This document shows positions 25,945 through 39,054 of a stretch of 64,000 nt of DNA, piece by piece. A program made the position numbers and the translations under genes. Position 1 is the first letter of the stretch, and each line of letters begins with the position of its first letter. Source of the DNA: Heptranchias perlo (lineage: Eukaryota); contig NC_090337.1 in assembly GCF_035084215.1 (NCBI RefSeq), forward strand, positions 54,498,001 through 54,562,000. The letters are read 5' to 3'. The notes below the pieces were generated by a model. It had not been told where the DNA came from and did not search any database. It was given only the letters and a program-made list of their open reading frames with translations.

Positions 25945-26591
25945 AAAGTGTCTGCAAAGAGATATTGAGAGGTTAAGTGAATGGGCAAAAATTTGGCAGA
26001 TGGAATATAATGTGGGAAAATGTGAAGTCATCCACTTTGCGAGGAAAAATAAAAAAGCAAAATATTATTTGAATGGAGAAATACTACAAAATGCTGTGGT
26101 ACAGAGGGATCTGGGTGTCCTCATACATGAAACACATAAAGTTAACACACAGGTGCAGCAGGTAATCCGGAAGGCAAACAGAATATTGGCCTTTATTTCT
26201 AGGGGGATGGAGTATAAAAGCAGGGAAGTCATGCTACAACTGTACAGGGTGCTGGTGAGACCACACTTGGAGTACAGCGTACAGTTCTGGTGCCCTTATT
26301 TAAGGAAGGACATACTTGCATTGGAGGCAGTTCAGAGAAGGTTCACTAGGTTGATTCCGGTATGGAAGGGTTGTCTTATGAGGAAAGATTGAACAGGTTG
26401 GGTCCATACTCATTGGAGTTTAGAAGAATGAGAGGATGTTATTCCCTCATGGGGGAATCTAAAACTAGGGGGCATAGTCTCAGAATAAGGGGTCGCCCGT
26501 TTAAGACGGAAATGAGGAGGAATTTCTTCTCCCAGAGGGTCGTGAATTTTTGGAATTCTTTACCCCAAACAGCTGTAGAGGCTGAGTCATT

Positions 26592-28642
26592 GGGCATCAT
26601 TTTAGCACCCGCTATCGAGTGCGTTCCTGGCGGGGGGGCTCCGAAAATCGGAGAATCCCGGAGTGGGTTGGGAGCCCGACTCCAACCCGCCCACTTCCGG
26701 ATTCCCCACTGACACGCCGGCGTGCGCGTGCAGCCCCCGCTGGTGGGAATCCCACGGGCAATTAAAGCCAGCGGGATGCCACTTGAAGCTATTTATTTTG
26801 CTTGTTCAGGTCATTAACTGACCTGATTAAGGGATTATGTGAGGAGGGGTGGGATTTTATAGCAAACTGGGACTGTTTCCCATACTGGGGGAAACACTCC
26901 CAGTTGAAATGGACGTGTTGCAGCTGTCAGCCTGTGGCAGTTGCAAAAGTCCATTTGACAGGTGGGTGGGGGGAGACCCTCACTCATTGCAGGAGGCCAC
27001 TCTGTCACTTGGGACAAAGTTTGGCCTCCACCACCCTCCTCCTGACAATCAAAGTCACCAACTTGCACACTTACCCCGGGATCCAGAGACATGTACCTAC
27101 CTTGCGGACTCCCTCAGATGTACATCTTCCAGATGGGGGCCGCCATAGCTGCAGTCATGACCTCCTCGGAGGGCGGAGGGCGAACAGCATCACCAGCCTC
27201 GCCATCCACGCCGTCCACCTCTGACACGTGGAGCTCCATAACACAGTGCTGTGACACATCCACCTGTACAGCAGGAGGGCTACCGCAGAGAGAGATGCAT
27301 CGCACAGGGCACTGCCCTCACCACAGGGTCCACAGACCGAGGCTTAGCTTCTTGGACCTCTCTGAGCAGCAGTGCACACGGAGGCTCAGAGTCACTCGAC
27401 ATGCAGTCGTGGACATCTGCAGCCTCCATCATGCCAAGCTGCTCCTGGCTGGCCCAAGAACCATCTTCTTACCTGTCGCTGTCAAAGTCACCACTGCCCT
27501 CAACAACTTCTCCTCCGTATCCTTCCAGGGTGCAACCGGGGACATCGCCGATGTCTCTCAGCCGTCTGCACATAAGAGCCCTGCAAATACACCTACACCC
27601 ACTCTGCAGTGACACAATGGGTGGCATCAGTTGTGGGTCTTCATAGTGATCCTCAGGAAAGGGCATTATTGCACAAACCAGACAAGATTCGCAAAGACAT
27701 GGCAGTAGTGGTGCCAATATAATATGTAATGTGAGTTGGTCAGAAATTAAATATAAGTAACAACCATGACAAACCCTCAAACACCTTTGTGCATCCCCTT
27801 CATGCTCACGACACGTTTGCCTTATGCTGCCTAATGCACATATGTGATGCATGACCTGTGGCTGCAGCACAGGTAGTGGCAGGTTGAGTGAGGCTGACTG
27901 TGAAAGAGATGCACGAGAGGGTGAGTATGAGATAGAGCCATGAGATTGTATGAGGATTGGGTTGAGTGGTAGTGGCGGGATGAGTACTGGCGAGGTGAGT
28001 AAGTGCAGGTAAGATGAGGATGAGCTTTGAGTGGGTGTGATGGGTGATGTGACAGAGTCGTGTTGGCGGTGCCGAAGGAGATGTGGGGTGGGGGTGGTGA
28101 TGTGGCAGATGGAGTGTAGGGGAATGAGTAAGTGTGCTCACTTTGGCTGACCTACTGAGGTCATAGGAGCGCCTCCTGCACTGTATGCAGGTGGGCGATA
28201 TGTTGGTGGTGCAGGTGACCTCCTCTGCCACCTCAAGCCAGGCCTTCTTGGTGGCAGAGGCAGGCCGCTTCCTCCCGCCCGCCGGGGGGAAGATCTCTGT
28301 CCTCCCCCTCCCCCCATGTATTGATACCTGGAGTGAGGCATCATTAAAATGGGAGCAGCCTTCCCCCTGGGCTGCTCAATGCTGTAATTTTTGCTATTTG
28401 TTGCAGCATCTGTCAGTGGAGGACTGCCCCTTTAAATAGAGCTCCTTCAGCTGACAGATCTTACTGCGCATGCGCAGCCCGCCCAACGCGCAGGTCAGCA
28501 GTGGGGAACCCGGAAGACCAGGTAAGTGGATCCAATTGGGCTGCGATCGCGCGGGTGGCTGACTAATTTCACCGGGCGCTTTACCCATGTGCCCGATAGC
28601 CCCCCCCCGCCGCGAACCCGCAGCCCTGGTAACATCGAGCAC
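26592..28642 (-). mobile_element. Non-autonomous Harbinger, copy 2 (inverted relative to copy 1)
   Basis: Termini GGGCATCATTTTAGCA / TGGTAACATCGAGCAC; 3-bp TSD ATT at 26589-26591 and 28643-28645. Its ORF-track peptides mirror those of copy 1 on the opposite strand. Confidence 0.92.
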
Positions 28643-28752
28643 ATTGAATACATTCAAGGCTGAGTTAGACAAATTTTCGATCAGCAAGGGAGTCAACGAA
28701 AATGGGGAAAAGGCGGGAAAGTGGAGTTGAGGTAAAAATCAGATCAGCCATG

Positions 28753-29318
28753 GAGTGGAATCCCACTGCCCTCTCCGTGTGGCTGAGGTTGTCAATGGGG
28801 AAGTTGACGTACTGTGAGGCCCTGTGAAACAAGCCGTCAGCGACCTGCCTTATCCACTTGTGTGCAGACCACTGAGACACCCCGGTGATGTTCCCGGTGG
28901 CACCCTGGAATGATCTGGAGACGAAGAAGTTGAGGGCAGTGCTGACTTTGACAGCGACAGGTAAGGAGATGCTGCTCGGCCCAGCCAGGAGCAGCTCGGC
29001 ATGAAGGAGGCTGCAGATGTCGGTGACTCGGTATGCATGCTCCTCAGAGAGGTCCAGGAAGCTGAGCCTCGGTCTGTAGACCCTGTTGCAAGGGTAGTGC
29101 CTCCTTCCACGTCGCTCTGTCTGCTGTTGCACTCCGTGCTCTTGTGCAGGTGCCTGTGGCACAGCACTGTGTTGTGGAGCTCCACGTGACGGAGGTGGAC
29201 GCCGTGCCTGGCGAGGCTGTTGATATTGCTCATCCTCGGATGTAGTGGTGAATGCAGCCACGGCGCCCCCCCCACCCCGCCCCCCAGCCTGACGGTGTGA
29301 GTTTGAGGGGGTCCGCAA
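28753..29318 (-). pseudogene. Harbinger (HARBI1-like) transposase, N-terminal part
   Basis: ORF 28665..29318: RVYRPRLSFLDLSEE...LPVAVKVSTALNFFVSRSFQGATGNITGVSQWSAHKWIRQVADGLF...YVNFP...GFHS, followed by the CR1 junction. Confidence 0.88.
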
Positions 29319-30902
29319 AGTAGTTAAATATATTTGAACAGCAGAATTTTGAGTGGAAAGTACGAATTTTCAGTGCAAGCACAAAGATCTTGCATCCAAA
29401 ACTTTGTCTGAAAGAACAGAGTGCCCTGCTGCAATAAGTGACCTTTTCTCCCCATCTGTCAATTAAGCATTTGAATCTCCCCCCAGCTGCTGGCTGAAAC
29501 ACATCTGTGGTAACATGGAGCATTTCCCACAGCACGGGAAACACGCTGAGGATGCTTCAAAATCACACCCCTGACAAAATGTGGAGAAAATGAAGTACTT
29601 CAAGCACTTAAACTACCTCAACAACTATGTAAATGATCATCCTGTCGGCTTTAATTGCCGGTGGGACTTCCACATTCAGGAGGCGTGCCCGCACCCAGAC
29701 GGGTCAATGGGGAACCTGGAAGTCTGCAGGTTGGTGCCGGGCTTCGAACGCGAACGGGATTTCCCCGATTTTCGGAGCCCCCGCCCCCATCGCACCCACA
29801 ATTTCCCGGGAAAATCGAGCGCATGGTCTTTTCTACATCAAAGGGTCTTCAGTCACATGATCAAAGCCTAAACTGTCAATCATTGAAGTACGTTAATGAT
29901 TGAGGCATAGCAACAGGGAGCGATTGGACAAAAAGAATGACCCGCCCCAATGCTACATCCTGTTGGTAAAAAAACAATTAAAAAAGACTTTGAGAGAAGA
30001 CCAGTTTCTTCTCTTCACCACCTGACAGTCACAAGGAATGCACACTGCAGTTGCACATCACGCAAGAAGAAAAGGACATCGAGTACTGAAGAGCTAATCG
30101 ACCTTCAGGCCCGACAAGCAAAATCCTTGATTTAAAGGTTGTATACATATTAATGATTTGCCTGATGTGTGTATGAATTGTTAAGTCATTACACAATAAT
30201 GGTGTGAATCATTAAGTGTACAACGGGATTTTATGGAGGAAAGTCATATGTATGGTTTGATTTTGCTTCATGAATGCTCGTATGAATGTTAACATCATTG
30301 AATAATTACTTTTGATTGACGAAACTACCGTGAGTGAGGGTGACTTTCTTTGCTTGACTATTCATCCAGTGTCCAAGAATCACACAAAATAAGGAATTCC
30401 CTACAATTGAGTTTAATGAATAATGCTGACTCATCTCAAAGGTTGCCAAAAGGTAACTGTGGCTCTTTCATGGTGCTCATTGTAGAATGTGACTATATGA
30501 CTTTGTTAATGAGTAAAATCTTCAACAAAATGCAATAAAACTACTAGGGTAAACATCTGCACGTTGAACGAGTCATGTTATAATGATGTTGGGACACGAC
30601 AAAGATATTGGACAGGAGACTGTTGATGCATGGTCTGGCCACACAGGTGGCCCTGGTATTCTAAACAAAGGTATCATTTGTTTGCAATTGCATCCACCTA
30701 AACTTAAAAAGCAATAATCACTTACTAATATAAAAGAGTCATTTCAATGTCTTGGCTCAGCGTTATAATGGAACGTCCATTCTCCAACTGTTTTTAAAGT
30801 CATAACTCTAAGTTACCTTCTTGAATACACTCAAATATTCTTTATTAATTTGAGTAAATTTTCTACCCATTGAGTATGAATGAGTGGCTACAGGCCCCTT
30901 GG

Positions 30903-31450
30903 TTTCAGTCTTCTCCTATTACAGTTTCAGTCTAGTTCTATTACAGTTTCAGTCTAGTTCTATTATAGTTTGAGTTTTCTCCTATTACAGTTTCAGTCTA
31001 GTTCTATTATAGTTTCAGTCTAGTTCTATTATAGTTTCAGTGTTCTCCTATTATAGTTTCAATCTAGTTCTATTGCAGTTTCAGTCTAGTCCTATTATAG
31101 TTTTGATCTAGCTTTGTTAGAGATTCAGTGTAACTCTTTCATAGGTTCAACCTAGCCCTGTTACAGGTTAAAAATAACTCTTCTAGTTTTAATTTAGTCC
31201 TATTATAGTTTCAATCTCGACGTTTATTTCAAACTAACTCGAATACAAGTTCAATCTAACCCTTTTATATTCTCAATTTAGCTCCTTTATAGTTTAAATG
31301 CAGCTCTGTTATAGCTTCAATCTAGCCCCATTATAGTTACAATTTCATTCTTTATATTTTCAATCTGGACCCATTATAGTTTTAATCCTGTTCTATGGTA
31401 GTTTTAATCCAGTTCTATTGTAGTTTTAATCCAGTTCTATTGTAGTTTCA
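30903..31450. repeat. 22-23-bp AT-rich tandem repeat
   Basis: Unit TCTAGTTCTATTATAGTTTCAG, increasingly degenerate towards 31450. Confidence 0.88.
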
Positions 31451-33389
31451 TCAGATGAATTTGTGCTTCCACCCAGGAGACCATTTTTCATGAGCCTTGA
31501 CAGTTAGTATGTATAATTATTCGACTTTGGAAGGAATTGCAACTGAGTCTGATCCTGTCCTCATTGGAGATAAGCACATGTGCACTACAAGGAAGGATCT
31601 CTTGATAGCAATCAGGAGAAAATCCCTCCCCTTAATCCAGGGTGCTCAGGGCAATCATGCTTGTAGCATTGCCCGGCGGAGGTCAAGTAACTCCGCACCA
31701 ATCTAGGGGTTGAACCTGGGACCTTTCTGGTCCATTTGAGGGTCAGAGATGATGTTTTTATCTCTACGCCATCAGAGAGCCATCTTATTTTGTTCTGAAA
31801 CAAAACCGTTTTGAAGTAACCTGTTGGAGCTCACATTCTGAGTTACTGCTAACCCCTGGTGGGTTTCTTTGTTGTGTGGGCCATTGTTATGTGACACTCC
31901 TGTACACAGTACAGATTAGTAATACTGCAAGTAAACAAGGTCTATTTACTCTCAACGCTGTTAATTGAAAAGTGAACACATCACAGTCGAGCAATTTAAA
32001 TGGTGCATAGGTTAAGCCAAATGTGTATAAACTAATGGTTTCCCCTGCAGATCTGTGTCAGTACTGTGCTAAATATCACCAAAGTGATCATTATACAAAA
32101 AAAAGTGATGGTTGAGCACTGTATTTGTTTTAGGAAGTGATATGGATTGAAATATCTAAAAATGATTTTACAACAGAGTAAGCAAATCAGCTCCATTTCA
32201 CAAGATGATAAATTCATCATGTTTTAATGGTGTTGGATGTTTGGAGATTGAGAGAGGGGATATGGCTTGAAAAATCAATGGAAAAACAACAACTTGCATT
32301 TATATAGCATCCTTAACATAGTAAAACATCCCAAGGTGCTTCACTGGAGCGTTATCAAACAAAATTTGAAACCGAGCCAAAGAAGTAGACAGGTGACCAA
32401 AAGCTTGGTCAAAGGGGTAGGTTTTAAGGAGCATCTTAAAGGAGGAGAGAGAGGTAGAGAGGCAGAGGTGGATTAGGGAGAGAATTCCAGAGTTTAGGGC
32501 CTAGAATTTAGCCCTTCAGAGCTTAGGAAAAAGTGTCTTTTTGGTAAGTGCATGCGTAAGTGGGTGGAAACTGGGCAAGAATGAGATAGGATTTGGCTAT
32601 GATGCACCTCATGGAAGTCAACCATCTCTGCATAGGCTCACACATGAGGTATGGCCACATGGGTCAGGAACTTTACGTACCTCAGCATGCATCTGGGTAT
32701 TCAGAAGAGAAGGGGAGAAATTAGAGGGAGTTTAAAAAGTACCTTAAGAATAGGTTACATTGGTGGTTGAAGGAAAGGAGGATACGGGAACAGTGCAGGC
32801 ACATGGAATTAGGACCACTGCTTGTGTGGTGGATAAACACCAACACAGACTGGTTGGGCTGAACGGTGTGTTTCTGTGTTGTAATTTGTATCTAATTAAT
32901 GTTTCACATTCACAGAGCTTTCCTCAAATTTGATTTCAAAATAGAAAAATAACACCTTTTTGATTTTATTTTTAGAACTTCTGTTTTTGCCCAATTCCTT
33001 TCATACACCATAGCTCACTCGCAAAAGTGTAGCAGCCACTTGATATGATGAGTGAACAGTATAAAAACAGACGTTTTCACACTCTGGGAATGAGCAACTT
33101 CAGCAAGTTATCCTGGAATATCAATATTTTTACTTATAAAATTCTTATCTGAAGGATTCCAGTTTCTTACTATCTTAAAAAGACAATTACCTTTGATATT
33201 AACGATTCGAAACTCAGATACCAAAACCATAAAGACAAGGTAAGAATGAATTTGTTTTGAACTACTTAAAGATAATCTAGCAGATTAATTTCATGGCAGT
33301 ATTTTGGGATCAAATTCACATGAGTAGAAGGCCCAGGCTGCTTAGATATAAGTCTAATTTGACTATTAAATGTGAAGTGTTGGAGGCCA

Positions 33390-33424
33390 ATTGCTTCTCA
33401 GACTTTTGACCAAGATCAAGTGTA
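33390..33424 (+). pseudogene. U2 snRNA 5' fragment (nt 1-35)
   Basis: ATTGCTTCTCAGACTTTTGACCAAGATCAAGTGTA versus U2 ATCGCTTCTCGGCCTTTTGGCTAAGATCAAGTGTA: 30/35 identical, with two mismatches explained by CpG decay. Confidence 0.8.
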
Positions 33425-35144
33425 TTTCTACTTCGTTTTGGCTCCATAGGGAGTTCAATCTTCTGCACTCAGCACTGAGTGAGTCAGGGCTTGTGGAGGC
33501 CAAGTGTTTCCCTGCAGAGTGTGGGGAAAGGAAAACAGGCAAAAATGAAAATAGATGAACTAGGTATCAGTTTTTGGACTAGATGGTCTTGTTTTTAAAT
33601 GACATGTGCAGAAATTTCCAAAATGAAACCCAGTCACTAAAAAAAAGAACATTTTCTACTTGTTTCTGTGTCTTACAAAGTGCTAATTGGTTCTTCATGT
33701 TCAGAAAGTCTTCAATTAATTCTCATCAGCAGTAAACATCAGAACTTGAACCTTGAGTCTACCCTTTGCTTGACCCCTATTCTGTGCCTCTCCAGTTTGG
33801 AACTTGACAAAATGTGGTAACAATCAACTGGTGCAGCAGGCACCGTCACAAAACATATGATGTTTTTACAAATTGAAAGTAGGTTAGTGTTAATGCCTCT
33901 CCTCCAGGACCATCGTTTTCAATATGAGAAGCTGAAGCTGTGTCACTCTCACCTTTACCCTGACTTTATTTAGTAGTTCTACACAGTACAAGGGGCTGAT
34001 GTGACCAGGCTGCTTATTGTATCTTTCACTGTACCTGATCTAAAAACAGGGAGGTTTGGCCGATTACTCGGAGCAGCGAACCAACAGTACACTTCCTCGA
34101 ATAGGAAGCGGCAAAGAACCCAGTGTTAGCTCCAGCAAAACTAGGAACTGTGGAAGAAGAGAGAGGAGCAGATTGCAGCATTTTTGACAAGCTGCGAAAC
34201 TGTCTCTGTAGGCTTTCAACATTAAATCCAGGAAGTGAAAGGTACATTAAAATCATTGTGAAAACAGTTATAGACAGCAAAAATAAGTATAAGAACGAAT
34301 CGAATTAAATAAAAGAAACGGAAGGGAAAATTTTTTAAAAATTTTAACTTTAAAAAAAGTTTTAATGACCAAAACCTATTAAAATCAGGAGTAATGAGAC
34401 TCCACGTTTTTAAAAGTTAATTTTTAGTTGTTTGGCAGTCATTAAAACTTAGTTTAGACCTGGTATTTTTAAACATACCTGTCTTGTGGCGATATTAATT
34501 ACTTTATAGCTGGCCAGATGAGCAAGTTGGTGCTGGTCCATTGTTTCCACTGATTCCAGCCCACGATATCCCTTTAATTTGAAGCTGTCATATCGCCGGC
34601 GGATCAGGAGGAGCAATTTCCGGATGTCCATGTTTCACTGCGCATGTGAGAGCGCTGGAACTTGCTCCACGATTTCACCAGTAACAACGGTGAGCGCTGT
34701 TGAGCTCACTGTTCTTTCCTAGGCAGTTTCTGGGCCAATATCTTAAAACCCCAAAAAAGGTTTGGAATTTTAAAAAATGTAAACAGTACCATTTTCAGGG
34801 ATGATCGTAAAGAAATCATTAACTTTTATTTTTAATCCTTTCAAGTATTCCACTTCAACAGCCAAAGAAAGTTTTATGTTTTGTAATATAATGTTTAATA
34901 CGATATTAAACTTTATTGCCCCCGAAATGGTGAGACTTCACTCCCAGCAGACAGTCTCACAATTTCAAGGCTTATAAATCAGCCTCAAGTTTGATTTATC
35001 ACTACTAGGAGGACAAATCAGTAAAATGCTGAAACCCTGTAAACCGGGAATTCAGAATTCGTAAACATTTAACTCTTGTCTTTTTCCAGGGTTATACAGC
35101 TGTGAGCATTCTATAGAGCTGAAACTCAAATAAGGAACACTTTA

Positions 35145-35608
35145 AAAGACAGAAAGAGCTTGCATTTATATAGCGCCTTTCATGACCTCAGGATGCCCCA
35201 AGTGCTTTACAGCCAATGAAATACTTTTAAAGTGTAGTCACTGTTGTAATGTCGGGAAATACGGCAGCCAATTTGCACATAGCAAGGTCCCACAAGCAGC
35301 AATGAGTAAATGACCAGATAATCTGTTTGTGATGTTGATTGAAGGATAAATATTGGCCAGGACTTCGGGAGAACTCCCCTGCTCTTCTTCGAAATAGTGC
35401 CATCCACTTTATATCCATCTGAGAGGGCAAACAGGGCCTCGGTTTAACGTCTCATCTGAAAGATGGCACCTCTGACAGTGCAGCACTCCTTCAGTAATGC
35501 ACGAGAGTGTCAGCCCAGATTATGTGCTCAAGTCTTTGGAGTGGGACTTGAGCCCACAACCTTCTGATTCAGAGGCGAAAGGACTACCACTGAGCCACGG
35601 CTGACGCT
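35145..35608 (-). mobile_element. Full-length tRNA-derived SINE (Deu-domain/SacSINE1-like)
   Basis: Head GTGGCTCAGTGG...GGGCTCAAGTCCC; body GAGACGTTAAACCGAGGCCC; tail GAAAGGCGCTATATAAATGCAAG. Partial copies at ~12090-12390, 19350-19590, 52125-52570, 55845-55935 and 56010-56410. Confidence 0.85.
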
Positions 35609-38147
35609 TGGAGATGAATTACAATTCTTAAAGTACGAGACCTCTTTCAGTGAAAATTATCATCCCAAATTTCTCTCCTCCTCTCCTGGTAATGTATTTT
35701 CTTACTGGGGAACAGCTCCACAGGTGCCCTCCGCTACACAAGACAATTGGCCATTATTCCTGTCTAAGCCCAGACAGTGATTGGCAGCAGTCTAATTGAT
35801 CGCAGTGGGCATCACAGCCAAGCCCAAGTCTTCCTCCGTCCGACAGCCATACGTGCACTTCCAGCAGGGGTTGCGGGATAGTGATCAGGAGTGGCAAACC
35901 TGCCCACTTTTCCCCTCCCGCACCCTAGGGCGTTGAGGACAATTGTCCCACTCTCACAACCACCGTGGCTGTGATCAGCTAACTCAGTACAGCCCAGGGA
36001 TCAAACCTGGGACCCTCCTGATCTATATATTGAATAAACTATGTGAGTCAGGGAGAAGGGGGAAGGGTTTGAAACCTGAAATCTTTGCTTAATAACTTGA
36101 TTTAACTGGCACAAATATAGTTACAAAAATCGCACCCACCATCAGCAAAGTTTGAAAAACATTTTCAAAGTCAATCATGTTTCCACTGAGAAACTAAGGA
36201 CCCAACATTTGTTTCAAATGTTTCTATTTCCCTTGCTTTCCCCTCACCTTCTGGAGGCTGTTACTCATAATGGGATGCAGTTCCACGGGCACCAGCAGTA
36301 CCTCGTTCAAGTGGCCGTTCTTCATGTGTGAACCCAGAATATGGATGTCAGCAGACTATTCAACCACTAGTGGCATTGCAGACAACCCTGATCCGGGCAT
36401 CACTAGCCATTCACACGTGCATTCTTTCCATCAACATCACTTGGTCGCATCATGAGCAAGAACCTTGGCCTGATTTTCCATCCCCTGGCCTGGGGTCACT
36501 GATCCACCATTTCCTAGTTGAGATCAGCTAACTCAGCACTGTGACTTTCCTGTTCCGTATGGATCAGTAGCACAATGTGTTGTGTATTTACATATTGAGC
36601 CACCGAAAGAGCAGACACGATTGTCAACAACAAAATTTCCCCAATGCTATTAATGCATTTCCATAGTATTTGTGAATCATGATGGATTTGCATCTTATCT
36701 GTACAGAGACTGATTCAGCTCTCTGCCAATAAAGAGTAAAAATATTTTCAGATTTCGAGGAGAATGACACATTACCTCACAAATCTAGTACATTTCTTCT
36801 TCCCTTTGGGTTCTTTTTGAAAACATCTTGCCCTTGTAACGTGCAGAGGTGGGATTGACATATCCTGACGTCGTCACAATGCAAAAGTGAAGAAGGGAAC
36901 TTAACGGAGCAGCACTGTTCTCGGGTTATCACGAGCCCCCATCTGTAGCGAAGATCACACTGCGGTATTAAAGGCATACAATTTACACGGTTTCTGCTGT
37001 TCTGAGAGACTGTTGACGAGTAACAGCAGCAAAACTTGGAGCAAAGTACCAGCACTGATGAAACTGAAGAATCTACCCCCCACCCTCCAAACAAACAATG
37101 TCAAGCAGTAATATTAATCAGACACTGAAGGTGGCATTGTGTTACCAGAGATTGGCATTTGGATTCAACTGTAACCACAGTGAGCTTCATGCTACTGCAG
37201 AGAATCAAATCGGAAATTGTGATTGGTAGGATAACCAGGGGTTTGTAATCTTCAAATACCTGTCTCCACAAACAATTTTATCACTTTGAGAAGCCAATAC
37301 GAGTGAGCACTTCTATTAACTTTTGAGTCCATCGCTCTTCACGATGTTGGCCGTGTGTTTGTGTCCATCCAACATGAGTTACACAGGGGTATGACAGCCA
37401 CTATGCACTTGAAATGATGCTCATCAGAAAAATACTTCTCATGATGGAAGCTGGCTGATTGTTATCTTTCGTGGTTGTGTTGCAGTTATTGTTCTGGTTT
37501 ATGGCTGATTAAAACAGCAGCCTTCTCTGGGAAAGCAAAGTTTTTTTAAAAAAAAGTGTTACATGTTCTCATTTTCTCCTGAATTGTACAAATCTGTTGA
37601 ATTTTACCTGAAAATACCACTGGAAATTTTTTGTACCTTTTGAAGGCTCTGACCTTTCTTTTTGGTTTGCAGCAAGATCTGAGGATGCAGCAACCTTCAC
37701 CCAGTTGTCCTCCTCTTCCCACTTTGTTTTGGCCAGTCCTATAAAGGGCATTTCCTTTCCCGTTCTGATCAAGGATCCATACCCTAAACACCAACATTCT
37801 TCTCAAAGGCTGATGGAGCTGCTAATCATTGCTACCATTTTCTGTTTAAGATCTAAAGACCATTTATTTGATCTGCCTGATAATTCAGAGCTAATTCAAT
37901 CCTTGACACTGGAGTAAATTCACCCACTACACCAAATCCAGTAAGCTTAGCACATCATCTGTGATGGCAGGAGAAGCTTTCTTGGAACCTAATTTACTTT
38001 ATTATAATGTTAGCAGTGAAGTGACTTTTGAGAAAGGCAGTGACTTCTCTTGCCTGTTACTCCCATGGTCCTGTTCTCATCCACCTCAGTTTGAAGCACT
38101 TGTTGCTGGAGGTTGAGAATTGTGCCTGTACAACAACAACAACTTGC

Positions 38148-38590
38148 ATATAGACTTTAACATAGCAAAACATTCCAAGGCACTTCACAGGAGTGTTATC
38201 AGACAAAAATTTGACACCGAGCCACATAAGGAGATATTAGGACAGGTGACCAAAAGCTTGATCAAAGAGGTAGGTTTTAAGGATCGTCTTAAAGGAGGAG
38301 AGAGAGTTACAGAGACGGATAGGTTTCGAGAGGGAATTCCAGAGCTTAGGGCCCAGATGGCTGGAGGCTCCGGCTGTCAATGGTGGAGCGATGCAAATCG
38401 GCAATGCGCAAGAGGCCAGAATTGGAGGAGTGCAGAGATCTCGGAGGGTTGCAGGACTAGAAGAGGTCACAGAGATAGAGAGGGGTGAGACCATGGAGGG
38501 ATTTGAAAACAAGGACGCAAATTTTAAAATCGAGGCATTGCTCGACCTGGAGCCAATGCAGGTCAGCGAGCATAGGGATGATGGGTGATC
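38148..38590 (-). mobile_element. L2 LINE 3' fragment
   Basis: SPIIPMLADLHWLQVEQCLDFKICVLVFKSLHGLTPLYLCDL and LGPKLWNSLSKPIRLCNSLSSFKTILKTYLFDQAF. Related tails at ~18265-18505 (+) and 32285-32505 (-). Confidence 0.85.
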
Positions 38591-39054
38591 GGGATGGGAA
38601 CAGATCTGTGTACTGCAATCCAAATTTCAGGGAGCCCTGCAAAGTATGATGCTGTCTCTCAACAGGGGATATCATGCTAGATGATTGCAGAGCTGCCAAC
38701 ATGCAGAATTTAATGTGAAAGTTCTTGAGTTTTTCAGTAAAATCTGGCTGTGCAAATCTTCTGACAGTTGCCCTGGGTTTGCAGAACTCATGGGAACTAT
38801 TTGTAACATATTGGTTAATGCATTAGGGTGAAATTCTTCCGCACGATATTTTAAACAAAGTTAATGCAGACTTTAGAATAGCACACAGGAATTTCACTGA
38901 ACAAGTTAATTAAGAACATAAGAAATAGGAGCAGGAGTAGGTCATACAGCCCCTCGAGCTCCGCCATTCAATAAGATCATGGCTGATCTTCGACCTCAAC
39001 TCCACTTTCCTGCCCGATCCCCATGTCCCATGATTCCCTTAATTAACTTGTTAC

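Larger units (their letters stand above)
23876..28752 (+). mobile_element. CR1 LINE 3' fragment inserted in the transposase and split by two Harbinger insertions
   Basis: Pieces 23876-23923 (DTKIGGKASCDEDTK), 25945-26591 (KCLQRDIERLSEWAKIWQMEYNVGKCEVIH...LVRPHLEYSVQFW...FFSQRVVNFWNSLP) and 28643-28752 (LNTFKAELD..., 3' UTR) rejoin cleanly across the TSDs. Confidence 0.92.
20230..29822. mobile_element. Decayed PIF/Harbinger DNA transposon (outer element) with nested insertions
   Basis: Convergent Myb/SANT-like gene (+) and HARBI1-type transposase (-). Right terminus GGGAAAATCGAGCGC at ~29808-29822 resembles the TIRs of the inner copies; left terminus is uncertain. Confidence 0.85.

Noticed and set aside
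23311-29318. Domesticated host HARBI1 or NAIF1/MSANTD gene
   Set aside because: Multiple stops, insertions, a missing catalytic segment, TIRs and TSDs, and several copies in one window indicate transposon relics.
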